This document shows positions 11,520-25,539 of a stretch of DNA of 61,238 bases, piece after piece (positions within the stretch are counted from its first letter, which is position 1; every line of letters starts with the position of its first letter). Location: assembly GCA_034780895.1 (NCBI GenBank), contig JAUZTB010000070.1, forward strand, positions 16,112,482-16,173,719, in the 5' to 3' direction. The position numbers and the translations under genes are program-made. The notes below the pieces were generated by a model, which was not told the origin of the DNA, did no database searches, and saw only the letters and a list, made by a program, of their open reading frames with translations. Source of the DNA: Rhynchobatus australiae (lineage: Eukaryota).

Positions 11520-14500
11520 CATAGTTTGAGATCTGAATATTGAAGGGTACATGACAGAAAGCTAGGAAAAGTTGGAGGAGTGGCCTTTGCAATATAAGGA
11601 ATTATCTAGGTTTGGGAAACCAGGATGTTGAAGCACTTTGAGTGGAGATAAGATAATAAAGAAGTCACTTGTGGGAATGATGTATATGCCCCTCAACAGT
11701 AATGATTCAGTGGCACATGAAGTATAGTTAATGGGAGTATGTGATAAACCTGGGGAATTTTACATCAAGACTGAAAAAGGGAGTCTAGACAAGGAGTTCA
11801 TTGAGAATTTGTGATAGTTTCTTAGAAACACGTTCTGGAGCCAATAGAGAGAAAGCTCCTCTGGATCTGGTTTCATGCAACAAAATGGAATTAATTAATG
11901 ACTTTATTGTAAAAGTGCTCCTAGCTGATGGGGATCATGATATTGAATTTTACATTAAATTGAACTAGCAAATTAGGTTAAAGGATTGGTCAGTCAAGAT
12001 GCAGTGGCAGACATTTTCTAGGATCATTCAGAATAGATGTTTTCAAACAAGGAAAAAAAATCCACACAGAGGACATCCATGGTTAACCAAAGTAGTTAAA
12101 GATAGTACCCAACCTCAAGTATCATCAGGTGGCAGGTCAAAGTATCAGATAGAATATAAATTTTAAAGAATGGCAATGTGTGTGTGGAGATGGAGGTGGG
12201 TGAAGTCCTAAATAACTGCTTCGCGTCTATATTTATTATGGACAAGGACATTGTAGCCTTGTCCAGAAGATTCAGGGAGGGGACAGTGAAATTCCAGAAC
12301 AAATTGCCATTGAGAAGAATAGTACTGGATCTCTTAGTGGGCTTAAAGATGGTTAAGTCCCTAAAGCCTGATGCGATGTATCCAGGTTGTAATGGGAGGT
12401 GAGGGAGTAGATTGCTAGGGCACTGACAGAAATGTTAGAATTTTCTTGGGCCAGAGGGTAGATGCCAGATAACAGAAGGTTGGAAAATGCTTTTTTTTCC
12501 AAGAAGGGTAAATAGGTTTGTTATCGTCACACTTACTGAGGTACAGTGAAAAAATTGCCTTGCATACCGTTCATACAGATCAATTCATTATAGTAGTGCA
12601 CTGAGGTAGTACAAGGTTAAACAATAACAGAGTGCAGAATAAAATGTTAGTTACAGAGAGAGTGCAGTGCAGGTAGACGATAACAAGGTAGATTGTGAGG
12701 TCAAGAGTCCATTTCATCATACTAGGGGACCATTCAATAGTCTTATAACAGCAGGATAGAAGCTGTCCTTGAGCCTGGTAGTACATGCTTTCAGCTTTTT
12801 GTATCTTCTGCCCAATTGGGGGGTGGGGGGGAGAAGAGGGAATGTCTGGGGTGGGTAGGGACTTTAATTATGTTGGCTGCTTTACCAAGTCCAGGAAGGG
12901 GAGGCTGGTTTCCATGATGTACTAGGCTGTGTCCACAACTCTCTGCTGGTTCTTGCAGTCACAGGCAGAGCAGTTGCCATAGCAAGCTGTGATACATCCG
13001 GATAGGATGCTTTCTATAGTGCATCAATTAAAAATTGGTGAGGGTTCACAGGGACGTGCCAAATTTCTTTAGCCTCCCGATGAAGTAGAGGCATTGGTGA
13101 GCTTTCTTGGCTAAGGTTGGACCAAGGTAGGCTATAGGTGATGTTCACTCCTAGGAACTTGAACCTCTCAACCCTCTTGATCTCAGCACTGTTGATGTAA
13201 GCAGGAGCATGTGCACCACCCCTCTTCCTGAAGTCAACAACCAGCCCTTTGTTTTGCTGACATTGAGGGAAATGCTGTTGTTATGACACCATGTCACTAG
13301 GCTCTCTATCTCCTTCCTGTATTCTGACTCATCATTATTTGAGATGTAGCCCACTACAGAAGTATCATCTGCAAACTTGTAGATGCAGCTAGAGCAGAAT
13401 CTGGCCATGCAGTCGTAAGTGTATGGGGAGTAGAGTAGGGGGCTGAGGATGCAGCCATGTTGGGCACCAGTGTTGAGAATAATCACGGCAGAGATGTTGC
13501 TGCCTGTCCTCACTGATCGTGGTTTGTTGGTCAAGAAGTCAAGAATCCAATTGCAAAGGGAGATGTTGCACCCCAAGTTTATGAGTTTGGAGATGAGTTT
13601 GCTTGGAACTATAGTACTGAAGGCGGAGCTATAGTCGATAAACAATAGTCTAACATAGGTCCCTTTACTGTCCAGATGCTCCAGAGATAAGTGTAGGGCA
13701 GCAGGCATTTGTCTTGTAATTATATGCCAGTGAGTCCAATATCAGTAGTAGGGAAATTTTGACAGACAGGATTCATCTGCACTTGGAGAGGCAGGGATTG
13801 AACAGGAATGGTCTGAGTTATTAGATTATATTTTTCAAGGAGATGACTGAGCTGACAATGAAGGTAATGTAGTTGATGCAGTCAAAATGGACTGCCGTAA
13901 GGCATTTGGCATCCATGTGGGACATGGGCCCATGTGGTAATAAGGTTTAAGGTAAGGGAAAGGAGATTTAGAGGGGATTTGAGGAAGAAATTATTCACCC
14001 AAAGGGTGGTTNNNNNNNNNNNNNNNNNNNNNNNNNNNNNNNNNGGCAGGTGCTCTTATTTAAGAGGTATTTCAATAAGTACTTGAAATACCATTGCATA
14101 GGACACCACCGGCCAAGTGCTGGTAAAAGGGCTTCACAAAACACAGTGGACCAAAGAGCCTGTTTCTGTGCTCCATGACTCTAATGTGCAAAGGATTAAT
14201 AAGAACAGGAAATGGAATACATATAAACATAGCTAGAAATATTTAAAAAAAGATTTCTATAGATATTTTGTAAAGAAAAGTTAACAAGGTTTTAGTCCAA
14301 TAGAAAGTGAGTCTAGGGTATTAATAATAGAAAACAAGGAAATGGCAGCTGAATTAAATTAGTATTTTGCATCAGTTTTCGCAACAGAGGATATAAGTAA
14401 CATCCTAGAAAAAGCTGTATATCAGGAATTGGAAGGGATGGAGGAACTTGGAAAAATTACAGTCACCGAGACAGTGCATCTGCATAAATGTTTGGAGCTG

Positions 14501-15190
14501 TGGATTGACAGACTTCATTCGTAGGCCTTAAAAGAAATGGCTAGTGAGATTGTTGATGCCTCGGTTTTAATTTACTAAAGTTCCCTAGATACAGGGAAAG
14601 TTCCTTAAGACTAGAAAATAGCAAATGCAGCTCCTTTATTCAAAAATGGGCAAAGCAGAAATAAGGAACTATGAGCCAGTTAGCCTAACATCTGTCATAG
14701 AAGCTATTATTAAAGACATTACAGTGGGGCACTTTGCCTAATTACCTTGAAATTTTCTAAGTCAACATGATTTTGTGAAAGGGAAATCATGTTTCACCAA
14801 TTTATTGGAGTTCTTTGAAGAAGTAACATGCTGTGGATAAAGGGGAACTGGTATGTATTGCACTACATTTTTAGAGGTATTTGCAAAGGTGTCACATCAA
14901 AAGTTAATGCTGAAAATAAAATTTCATGGTGTAGGAGGTAACATTGGAATAGATGATGACTGGCTAACAGAAAACAGAGAGTAGACATAAATGGGTGCTC
15001 TAGTTGTCAAGATGCAATGAGTGGTGTGGCACATGGAACTGGTGCTGGGGCCTCAATCTTTTATAATCATATGACTTGGTTGAAGGTATTGTTTCTAGAT
15101 TTACTGATGATGTAAAGTCGGGAAGGAAAGTAAATTGTGAAGAGGGTACAAGAAAGCTAAATAGGGACACAAAGGTTAAGTGAGTGAGCA
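11520..15190 (+). mobile_element. CR1 LINE ORF2 fragments, split by a Rex element
   Basis: ORF 12178-12402 (EVGEVLNNCFASIF..KSLKPDAMYP); the CR1 sequence resumes at ~13715 with aattatatgccagtgagt (the YRPVS region). Confidence 0.7.
12515..13708 (-). mobile_element. Rex1/Babar-clade LINE, 5'-truncated, RT C-half + 3' UTR
   Basis: ORF 13151-13708: [48 protein letters not shown]. Confidence 0.85.
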
Positions 15191-17499
15191 AATAACAACT
15201 ACAACACAATCCTTGGTGTTAATCTGTGGAGAATCTGCCCCATGATGAAGCTCTTTTTCCCACATTTGAGATCTGGAGCTGAGTGGTCCTGGCAGATTGT
15301 AGGTGAGAAACTGCAGTTTGATAGCACTGTCAACAGTGTTGTCTAGCACTTTACTGATGATTGCAAATGGACTGATGAGACAATAATTAGTGGGATTGGT
15401 TTTGTCCTACTTTTTTTTTATGGAAAGGATGTAGCAAAGCAATTCTCCACATTACTGGGTAAATGGCAGTGCTCTGCCTGTATTGGAACAGCTTGGCCAG
15501 AGCTGTGTTTAATTTGGAAGATTTCTCTGGTACCGGAGCTAGAATGTTGTTAAGTAGCCTTCATTGTATCCTGACCTCTTGGGTATTTCTTGGTGTTATT
15601 GGAATGAATCAAATGGGCTAAAGATTGATACTGTGATGATATGAACCTCAGGAAGCCAAGATGGAACTTTCACTCAATACTTAGATGAGTTTGGTTGCAA
15701 ACATTTCAAACTTGTCTTTTACATGCATGTGCTGGGTCAACCACAGTGGAAAATGGGAACAGCCTTGAAGCCTCCTCTGACCATTAATTGTTTTCTTATT
15801 GAAAGAAAATAAGAAAAGTCCTCTCACTGTTGAGAGGACTGCAGAGTATCAGCCTGGTCTGTTGTCTAGGAGATTATTTTAGCTCAATCCATTGTTATTA
15901 GCAGAAGTATGCATGTAATCCTGTTCATAATAGTAACAGGTCAGCAGCTCATTAATAGCTATGCTTGGTAATGCTTCTAGTAAACTCTACTACCACCTTT
16001 ATTCAACCAGGGTTGGTTCCCTGGCTTGATGGCAAGAATATAAGTATGGCTGATTCTGTGTCTCAAGTCTGCTCTGCCACTTCTTCCCTATACCTTCTGA
16101 TTGACTTAAGTGTCCAATATGATACAGAGAATAAAACTTCACATGTGTTCTGATTGCTTTAAGTGTTCAAAAAGATCTGTTGATCTCAGCACTGAACAGA
16201 CTTGCTGCCTGAACATGTACAGCCTTCTGAGATCAAGGAGATCAAAGGTCTACAACCTTCTGCGTAATAAAAAAAATCTTTTGATCTCAGTCCTAAATTG
16301 TCATTCCCCTATTCTGACAATGCGCCCCTCCAGCCTGGGGAAAGAGCCTCTTCACACCTACCCTGTCAATTGCTCTCAGGACCTTGTCTGATGAGATTGC
16401 CTCTCTGTCTCCAAAACACCAGTGAGTGAAAAAAACAATCTTGCTCATCCTCAGTTCAAAAGACTGGCTCCTTTCACCCCAGGAATCAATTACAGGAATC
16501 CACACTGCACTCTTTTGTAAGGCAAGTATATCTTCCTAAGATATAACAAAAATTCACACAGTACTCTGATCTAGTCTTACCAAAGCCCTTTACAGCCTCT
16601 TCTCCTTATGTAATCCAATCTCCTTGCAATATAGGCCAACAATTCGTTTGTTTATTTTCTGTGTCCTTTGAACCATTACACCAAGATCTGACTATATACC
16701 AGCGATGGTAGATTGAGGGATATGCTGGGCTGGAGACGTTACAGGTGGGATACAATTCTGCTGCTGCTGATGGATGACAGTGCCTCATCGATGTGTAGTT
16801 TTGAGCTGCTAGTTCTGCCTCTGTGTAGATGGATACCCTGGGTCCCCATGCTGTCCATGGGGCAATCTTCAAACTCTGTAACTCTCAAGCACATGTTGAA
16901 ACCTGCACTGTGTCAAGATATAGCTGAGGTTTGGAGGCAGGGATGTGGTTGCTATTGGTAACTGTGATTTCAATATGATTCACTGTTGTTTTGGAATTCA
17001 GTGTTAGTAATGGAGAGCATTTATCGTCTGCGTTGTTGAACACGTTTCCAGCTGTCTGCTGCAGTTAAGGATCTGATTGTAAACTCCAGTTATCGAACAT
17101 CTGATTGCTGCTTAATGCCAAGAATTGTACTCATTTAATGGTACGTTTGGCGAGGGGAATTCATCTGAAGCAGCTTTTATTTTATTATTTCCTGTGATTG
17201 TACCTCCCATGAGGCCTTTAATGAAATTCCATGAACATCCTTTCAACTCCGGTAGGAATTGAACAAATAATTGTCTCTATAAACTGTGAACAGGCAGCAA
17301 GAAAGATTTGGCAACTTGGAACCAGATCAGAGTACAGGGCTTTGAAGGTTAAGAGAGGTTTATAAACTGGAAAGGATTTGTGAGGGCACATAATGTACCA
17401 TTCTTTTCTATTTGTTGGCTAAATAGTAACAAGTTACTGAGAGGATTATCACAGAAAATTAGGGAGAGATTTTTGCACAGAGGGTTATTACAACATGGA

Positions 17500-17890
17500 A
17501 TTCTACCTGATAATTTAGTAGTGCTCTCACCTCCAAGTTAGAAAATTATAGCTTGATCCCCATTCTACATTTGAGGTATAACGCCAGGCTGGACTTTTGG
17601 AGGAACAGCGCTGAGGCTATGTTGGTCTGTTGCACTCTTTGAGGGACAAGTACTGATGGTGGGTAGCACTGTCAGAGGGCTGGTATGGTAAGTGTGCCAC
17701 AGTGTTGGGGTTGTGAGGGTAGGACGGGGTGTGATACTGAGAAGGTGTTGCAGTGTTAGAGGGACAATGCTGAGGGAGCACTGCCAAAGGGGCAGTATTG
17801 AGGCAGAGATACTGACAGTCTAAAGCAAGGTTTCATCAGGTGGTCGTAAAATATCTCATGGGACTGTTCTGGAGAAGAACAGAACTCTCA
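17500..17890 (+). mobile_element. Deu-domain SINE fragment with internal ~33-bp tandem expansion
   Basis: Repeated tactgagggag..cactgtcagaggg units, followed by a Deu-like taaaatatctcatgggact..gaagaacag segment. Confidence 0.6.
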
Positions 17891-19174
17891 TAACGCTGTG
17901 CCAAATAGGAAAAGGTTATTCAGCTCCTTGAGCCTCCTCTGTTATTCAGTAAGTTCATGGCTGATCCAAATTTCCTCAGGTCCATTTTACCACATTACTG
18001 CATAATCCTTGATTCCCTTACTGACAGAATCCATTCAAATCTTAGAGAGATTTTTAAAGATTTAGTTTCTGGGGTAAGGAATTTCAAAAGATTCCTACTT
18101 GACATGGTGTCATACTATCATACAAAAAGAATTGATCTGCTCTTTCATTTACTGTTTATGGGAGTTTGCCGTGTGTATGCTAAATGAGTAATAATTGTTC
18201 AAGAATGATCCTTTGAACATAAAGCATGTTGGGGTTCCTGAGGATAAGATAGGAATTTCAGAAATAAATTTGTATCCTTGTATTCTGCCATTCCAATGAC
18301 TATGAATAAAACTGCTTTCAACTGCCATATTGCAATGTGCCTGAATGTTTCACTAGTAAATGGTTTTCTAGAGTGCAAAACAGAAGTTAGGACAAGAGGA
18401 ACATATGGATCAATAGTTCAGAGTGTCCCCATCATTATCACCACCCTAAAACAGACCAACCTTTCAAACGTTCATGCCTTGTGGCAGTACTTTTGAAGGA
18501 GATTTAATTTCAGTTGAAGACAATTATAGTGTGGTGGGGAAAAAAAGTGAGACAAAAGAGAGAGTTTGTATTTGGTGTTCCTATAGCTGTAATTGTAGTA
18601 GAAACTGTCTGTGTCAGCTGTCTGAAAACCAGCCACCTATTCCTGCAGATTAAAGTATGCAACCCAAATAACCACTCATACAAGGGCACAAATTATAAGG
18701 AACAAACTGTGAGCTTGGAGACGATAACATGGTAACCATTGCTGAAACATGGTGTCATGACTGTTGGGATTGGAAGATAAATGTACCAGGCTATAAGATT
18801 TGCAAAAAAGAAATGGAACGTAACTGCGGTTGGGGAGTGGATTTGTGTTTAAGGATTAAAGCACTTGTGTGGCAAGAGAGATTGTAACCAAATGTAAACT
18901 GGCAGTGGAAACATTGTGGGTTAAATTAAGAAATAGAAAAGGATTTAAGGCTCTTGTGGGAATTGTGAATAGGCCACCAGTAGCATCTGGTTGAATAGGT
19001 GTGTACAGACTGGACAAGCATGTAGCAAAGAAGGGGATTTTAACTTAAAATGGCATGGGATAAGGAGTCTAATTCATTTGTGAAAGGTTCTGAACTTCTG
19101 CAGCTTGTCAATTTCATTAATCCTTCTGTTTTATTAAGTTCACCCCAACTCGAGAGGCTGGTGAGCTCCATGAA

Positions 19175-19500
19175 ACAGGGTGACACTGGCACAGCTGGTT
19201 GAGCCACTTCCTCACAGCACCAAACACCCAGGTTCAATGTTAACCTGGGGTGCTGACTGTGTGGAGTTTGCATGTTCTCCCTGTGACTGCATGGGTGCTC
19301 CAGTTTCCTCCCATGTCCCAGGTTGGTAGGTTAATTGGCATCTAGTGAGTGGATTAGTGTACAATATGGGAGGAATGATGGGAGTGCAGGAATAGCAAAA
19401 TGGGATTAGTGTAGGGTGAATGCAAATGGTTGTTTGATAGTCAGCATGAATTCAGTGGGCTGAGGGGCCATTTTCTATGCTGTAAGACACCATGTCTCTG
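19175..19500 (+). mobile_element. HE1-like V-SINE with CR1-type tail
   Basis: tRNA head, gtgtggagtttgcatgttctccctgtgactgc V-domain, tail gtgggctgaggggcc..tctatgctgta. Confidence 0.7.
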
Positions 19501-22500
19501 TGTCTATCATTTATATGGCAAATTCAGTTAACAACCTAACAGTGTGCGAGCATTTATTTAATAGCAATTGTAACAAATAAGTTCTTTTTGGTGTTCGATA
19601 AGGAAAATGTGTAACAGCTCCTATGATTCTACATTTGGGTAAAACTGATTTCCCTGTGATGCTCGCAGTAAGTTGGGCAAATCTACTCATAGTTAAAACA
19701 ACAGTAGATCAATGGGAAGTCTTCAAAAAGAAATTAATGAGGTACAGAACTAGTTTATATCCCTAAGGGGCATGATCTCTACTTGACAAAATAAATAGGC
19801 ATGTACATCTTTAAAAAAAAGGGGCAAAATATTATTGATAAAAAAACACACAGAAAGACAAAAACTTGTGTAGTGAGAGAGACACAACCTTGTCGCACCC
19901 TTGAGGGTGAGAGGGACACAAAGAACTGAAAGGTGATAAACCAGATAGTGAGAGCTACCAAAGAGGGTATAAACAGAAACTTATAAGAGATATCTGAGTA
20001 AACACAAAAACATTTTATATTAGGAAAAGTAGTATAGTAAGGAGAAATGGGGTGATACTGCAAATGAAAATAGAAAAAAATGTTGGTTACTTTTTTCAGT
20101 ATTTATGCTAGAGGAAGAGCTTGCTATTTGGTAAAATGAAAGCCAGAATGGACTGTGAGGGGTCAATTTTACCTTCATAATGCAATTGAATTTTTTGAGG
20201 AGGTGGCTAAAATAAAGGAGAGAGGAGAATCAATTGAAGTAATTTACATGCACCCACTAAAGGTGTTTGATGAAATCACTTTATCAGTTTGAGATTCAAA
20301 GAGACAGCTGAAGGAATTGAAGGCAATTTATTGAATCAGTCAGACAACTAGCTGAGATACAAAATATGGATAAGGAGGGAGGTGTTTAAATTAGCAAAAT
20401 GTGAGGTCATGCAAGGAATTAAGTTGGGGCAAAGTTTTACTGACCTAGGTGGGAGAGAAAGCCACAGATCTGAGTTTGCCAATGACATAAGGATATTTTA
20501 GGCAGTGTAAACAGCAGCATTAAAACAGAGTGATATGAATAGATTAAGCAAATGATCAAAGGTGTGGTAAATGTGAGATTCAGAGAGACTTGGGAGTCAT
20601 GTATATAGATCATTAAATTATTTCAGGAGGGAAGCTTGGAAACACATCTGCATGCAGTGTGGCAGAAATTTGGAACTCTCTTCTGAAAATGGAGATCAAT
20701 ACTCAGCTGATTGTTAATTTGAAATTTACATTCGTAGTCTTTGTTATCCAAAGATATTAACAGATATGTGGGTTCATAGAGATATTAGAGTATATATTGC
20801 ATGGGAGAACAAACACAGAGCTGAAGGATCTCCTTCTTGCTCATGTGTTTTGGTAATGGAAGATGACCTCATGCGGTACCAGACATTCAAGCAAATTCCA
20901 TCCTACCTCCCCTACCCCTTCTTCCTTTCTCCCACGCAATGAGATTGCCACTCATTTGAAACGGTCTCATGTGAGAGTTGCTGTATCTAGAGTATGTGAT
21001 GCCCATGTAGATTTGCCTGAAAACCTCCCCTTGTCACCACAAGCCCCTTCTCTTGCATAACCCCTCCACCACCCCTATATGCCCATTAACATGGGTGGTG
21101 CAGGGGTCCATTCATTGTTCCAAATGATTCAATGCATCTTTTCAATCTCACTCTGGGAAGACGAGCAGTGCCACCACAACCTACTGCTCTGCTTTTGTTT
21201 ATACATCTCCCTCGATCCAGCCCCTACTAGCCCCTCAACACCTTCCCAGAAACTTCTTTGCTTGCTCACACAAAGAACTTCTCACACAAAGTCCCCTACA
21301 CCCCCGACCTACCATCTTGCAGGGAACTCACTTCCCATAGCATCATTCCCCAACCTTCATAAAGAATTTTCCCTCTGCAACCCCTAGAAGAACCGTGCAG
21401 GCAGCTTGAGTTGCCAAATCTCCAGGATTGCCTTTGAAGACTCAAGGAGTTAACAGTTAATATACTGGAGTCTGTTATGTGCTACTGCTGGAAGAGCAGC
21501 ATCAAGACAATGATTCCTACACCCTTCAAAGCATTTTCATTGGCTACTATACCTTTTGGGGTTCTTGAGATTGTACAAGATGCTACGGCATCATGACTTA
21601 ATTTAGANNNNNNNNNNNNNNNNNNNNNNNNNNNNNNNNNNNNNNNNNNNNNNNNNNNNNNNNNNNNNNNNNNNNNNNNNNNNNNNNNNNNNNNNNNNNN
21701 NNNNNNNNNNNNNNNNNNNNNNNNNNNNNNNNNNNNNNNNNNNNNNNNNNNNNNNNNNNNNNNNNNNNNNNNNNNNNNNNNNNNNNNNNNNNNNNNNNNN
21801 NNNNNNNNNNNNNNNNNNNNNNNNNNNNNNNNNNNNNNNNNNNNNNNNNNNNNNNNNNNNNNNNNNNNNNNNNNNNNNNNNNNNNNNNNNNNNNNNNNNN
21901 NNNNNNNNNNNNNNNNNNNNNNNNNNNNNNNNNNNNNNNNNNNNNNNCAAAAAGTAGGTGAAATATACCATCTCTTTAAAGAATTTGAGTTTAGAACAAG
22001 TGGTTGGAACCTTAAAATTAGAGCTAGTTTATGGGGAGGAGTTTTTCCCCACTGGGGCAGAAGAAATCTAGAGTTTTCTGCCCAAGAGTCTGTGGCAATT
22101 GAAACTTTCAAGACTGGGATCAATAGATTTTTGTTGGGAATAGATATCAAAGGACGTGGGAGCAGAGGGTCCCTTGGAGTTGTCACAATCAGCCACGATC
22201 ACATTGATTGGTGGAGTAGGATCGAGAAGGCTTTGAACTTGCATTTATACATCTCATTCACATAATAAGTATATCCTAATTTGTTTCACAATCATTTTTG
22301 CAGTATTGCAGCCAATTTGTGCACAGTAGAGCCCTGTAAGCAGTTGACATGTTTGAATTATGATGGTTGATGTTGGCCAAGGTAAACGCTGGAAAATCTT
22401 TCCAAACTTCTTGGGCATCTAGGTGGCAAATAAACTTTTAACTTTGAATGTAAAGTTTATACTCTGAACAAGTATATTACTGCACTTTGACAATTAAAAC

Positions 22501-23329
22501 AAAGCATTTCAGAAAATAAGAATCTTGAATGAGGTTGGAGGGCAGAGGGAAACAAAGTGACTTAAAGCATCACCTATGCCAGCAAAGCAAGTCAAAATCT
22601 TAACGCGCCACATTTTATTTTTCAGTGTAAACAATGGAAAAGTAGTGATCTTATGTTAAATGCATAAGATCCTAGTCAGGCTGTGCTACAGCACACTGTT
22701 CTGGTCACACATGCACTGGAACTCTGGAAAAATTTCATAAGAATAATGTGAAAATCAAGTAAAGTTGGGGATTTTTCTTTAATTGAAGTCTTTAAGGTTA
22801 TTAGTGGGACTGTGGAGAGAATAATCCCATTTGTGAGCAAATCTGAGTACAACACCAACAAGTCAGTTACTTTTTTTATTCAGAGGGTGGTTAGAATGTG
22901 AAGTTTGCCATCACAGGGGGTGGATGAACGTGTATAGAAAATATTTGTAACTAAATAGACCAGTGCATGAGAGGAAAGGGANNNGAAAGAAATGCTGAAA
23001 ATCTGAGATGAGATGAATAGAATGGGAAGGGACTCGTTCAGAGTATAAACACCACTTCAGAGTAAGAGCAAAAAAAACTGCAGATGCTGAAAATCTGAAA
23101 TAAAATCAGAAAATACTGAGATGTGCAACAGGTCAAGCAACATCTGTAAAGAGAGAAACAGCCTAACATTTCAGTGGATGATTTTTTTTTATCAGAACTG
23201 TTACCAGCTCAGACTGGTTGTGCTGAATGAGCTAGAGATTGCATTTTATTTAAATGTGGTATTATAGGATGTGTGAGGTCCATCTGCACAGATAAATGGG
23301 AAGTATTTCTAAAGGCAACATCACACACA

Positions 23330-23850
23330 GCACAACACTCCCTCTGTATTGGTTGTCAGATGATGCAAAACTCCCTCATTAACAGTCTTCTGACAATACA
23401 GCCCTTCTTCACTACTGTCCCTCTGAGAGTACAGCATTCCTTCAGTAGTGTACCTCTAACAGTACAGCACACCCTCAATACTGACCCTCTGACAACACAG
23501 CACCCCTTCCATGCTAGCCTTTTGACACGTGGCAACCTCTCAACACAGCCCCTCTGATGGGACAGTTCTACATTGACCTTATATTTCTGACCTGCAGTGC
23601 TCCCCTTCACTTTCAGTTCTCCCCTTCAATACCATCTCACTCTAGGAGGGCATTGCATCCTTAATACCATTTCTCCAACAGCACAATGCTCCCTCAATAT
23701 TCCATTAGTACTTCCCCTTTGACAGTGCTAATTCTCTTATAGTAACACTGTTTCAGTACTAACATCTGTGCACCATCCCTCAACAGTAGTCCTCCAACTT
23801 CTCCTCTGATGTAATTCTCCCTCATTAATGCACTAAGAGCATCACTCCAG
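23330..23850 (-). repeat. Degenerate ~33-bp minisatellite (same unit as 42304-42690)
   Basis: Repeated ccctctgacagtacagcactccctcagtact-like units. Confidence 0.7.
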
Positions 23851-23859
23851 ACCATGCAA

Positions 23860-24172
23860 TCAAATCTGTTGATGGTATTGTCACTTGTACCAAGGTACAG
23901 TGAAAAGCTTGTCTTACAAATCGATCGTACAGGTAAATTCATTACAAAGTGCAGTTGCATTGAGTCAGTACAGAGTGCATTGACGTAGTACAGGTAAAAA
24001 CTATAACAGTGTCACAGCTACAGAGAAAGTACAGTAAGGTGCAAGGTCACAACAAGTTAGATCATGAGGTCATAGTCCATCTCATTGTATAAGGGAACTG
24101 TTCAATTGTCTTATCACAGTGGGATAGAAGCTGTCCTTAAGTCTGGTGGTACATGCCTTCTGACTCCTGTAT
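23860..24172 (-). mobile_element. Rex1-type LINE 3' end fragment
   Basis: Colinear with 12515-12810 (aggtacagtgaaaa..gatagaagctgtcctt..tggt.gtacatgc). Confidence 0.75.
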
Positions 24173-24594
24173 CGGTTTCGATGAGGAATGTTAGCTGATA
24201 TTGACTTTCCCAGAAATGTGGAATTTCATTCTCCGTTTACCAAAATCTTGTCTATTTCATATGTTGGGAATCTGATGGATATGGAGTTTAAATCAGCAAA
24301 CAATGTACTTAGAAATGAGACAGTTAGCAAGTCTTAAAATTCTCCTGGGGAGTGGGGGAATCAGACATTGTGCAAAACAACTTTCAGGAACCACAAGCAT
24401 TTGAAAATTACCTGTACTTCTTACTCACTTCCTCCTGACGCTGTGTCATGGGCATGGAATGGAATGTGGTATGTTTTTGGTTTGTTGCTGTTCGGGAAAT
24501 GAAGGCTGGATTTGAACAGCAGTCTGAGGAAAAGACTGCGCCTCTGGTCTCTGCTAATAGTCAGCCACTTGTCTTTTTTTTACTACCTTTCTCT

Positions 24595-25400
24595 CAGTTT
24601 ATTGATGTTGTGGACTTGGATTTTTAAAAAGTCTTTGTTAAAGCAACATGTAACAGATATTAAGCAAAATTAAAACCCACAAGGTGAAAGGGGCAGTGGC
24701 AAGTGTGGATACAGAACTGGCTAAGGATCGGAAACCAGAGTAATGGTGGGCGGTTGTTTTTCAGACTGAAAGAGGTATATAGTAGTGTTCCCCAGAGGTC
24801 AGTATTACAAATCATGTTTCTTTTGCTATAAATGAATAGCTGCTCTTGGGTACACAGGGCATCATTTCAAATTTTACAGATGACATGAAACTTGTAGTAA
24901 ACAATGAAGAGGATAAAATAGACTGCCGGAGGATGTAGATAGACTGGTGAAATGACAGATGGCACATGAATTTCAATGCAGAAAAGTGTGAAGTGATTTA
25001 TTTTAGTAGGGGAGATGATAAGAAGCAAAATAAACTAAATGGTACAATTTTTAAAATAGGTGCAGGAACAGAGGGAGCTGGAGGTGTGTGTACTCAGATC
25101 TGTGAAGATAGCAGGATAGATTGAGAAGGCTGTTTGAAAAGGTACATGAGATCTTCTACTCTAATACCAGAGGTATGGAGTACGAAAACAAGCAAGCTAT
25201 ATTTATCCTCCTATAAATTACTGGTTAGGTTTCAAGTGGAATGCTGTAGTTATTTCCAGGTTTCACTGTAAGAGAATGTCAAGGCCTTGGGGAGGATTCA
25301 GGGAAGATTCACCAGAATGATCCCAGGGATGACGGACTGTAGAGTGAATGGCGGGACTGGAATTGTTCTTAAAGCACAGTGATGCAAAGAGAATGAGAAA
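24595..25400 (+). mobile_element. Decayed CR1 RT region
   Basis: LDF.K.F.K..WIQNWL..VPQRSVL..FTDD-like degenerate translation. Confidence 0.7.
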
Positions 25401-25539
25401 GGGCATTCAAAGTTCTGAATAATTCTGATATCACTAGAGAGAAGGTCTGGGATAAAATAAAAGAGGAGGACCAAGACTGGACAAATCCCTTGGATTTGAC
25501 AGCCTAAATCTCAGATTTCAAAATGAGTTGGCTCTTCTT

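Noticed and set aside
21482-22186. Long ORFs spanning N-runs (also 50989-51712 and 53830-54462)
   Set aside because: Their length is an artefact of Ns lacking stop codons
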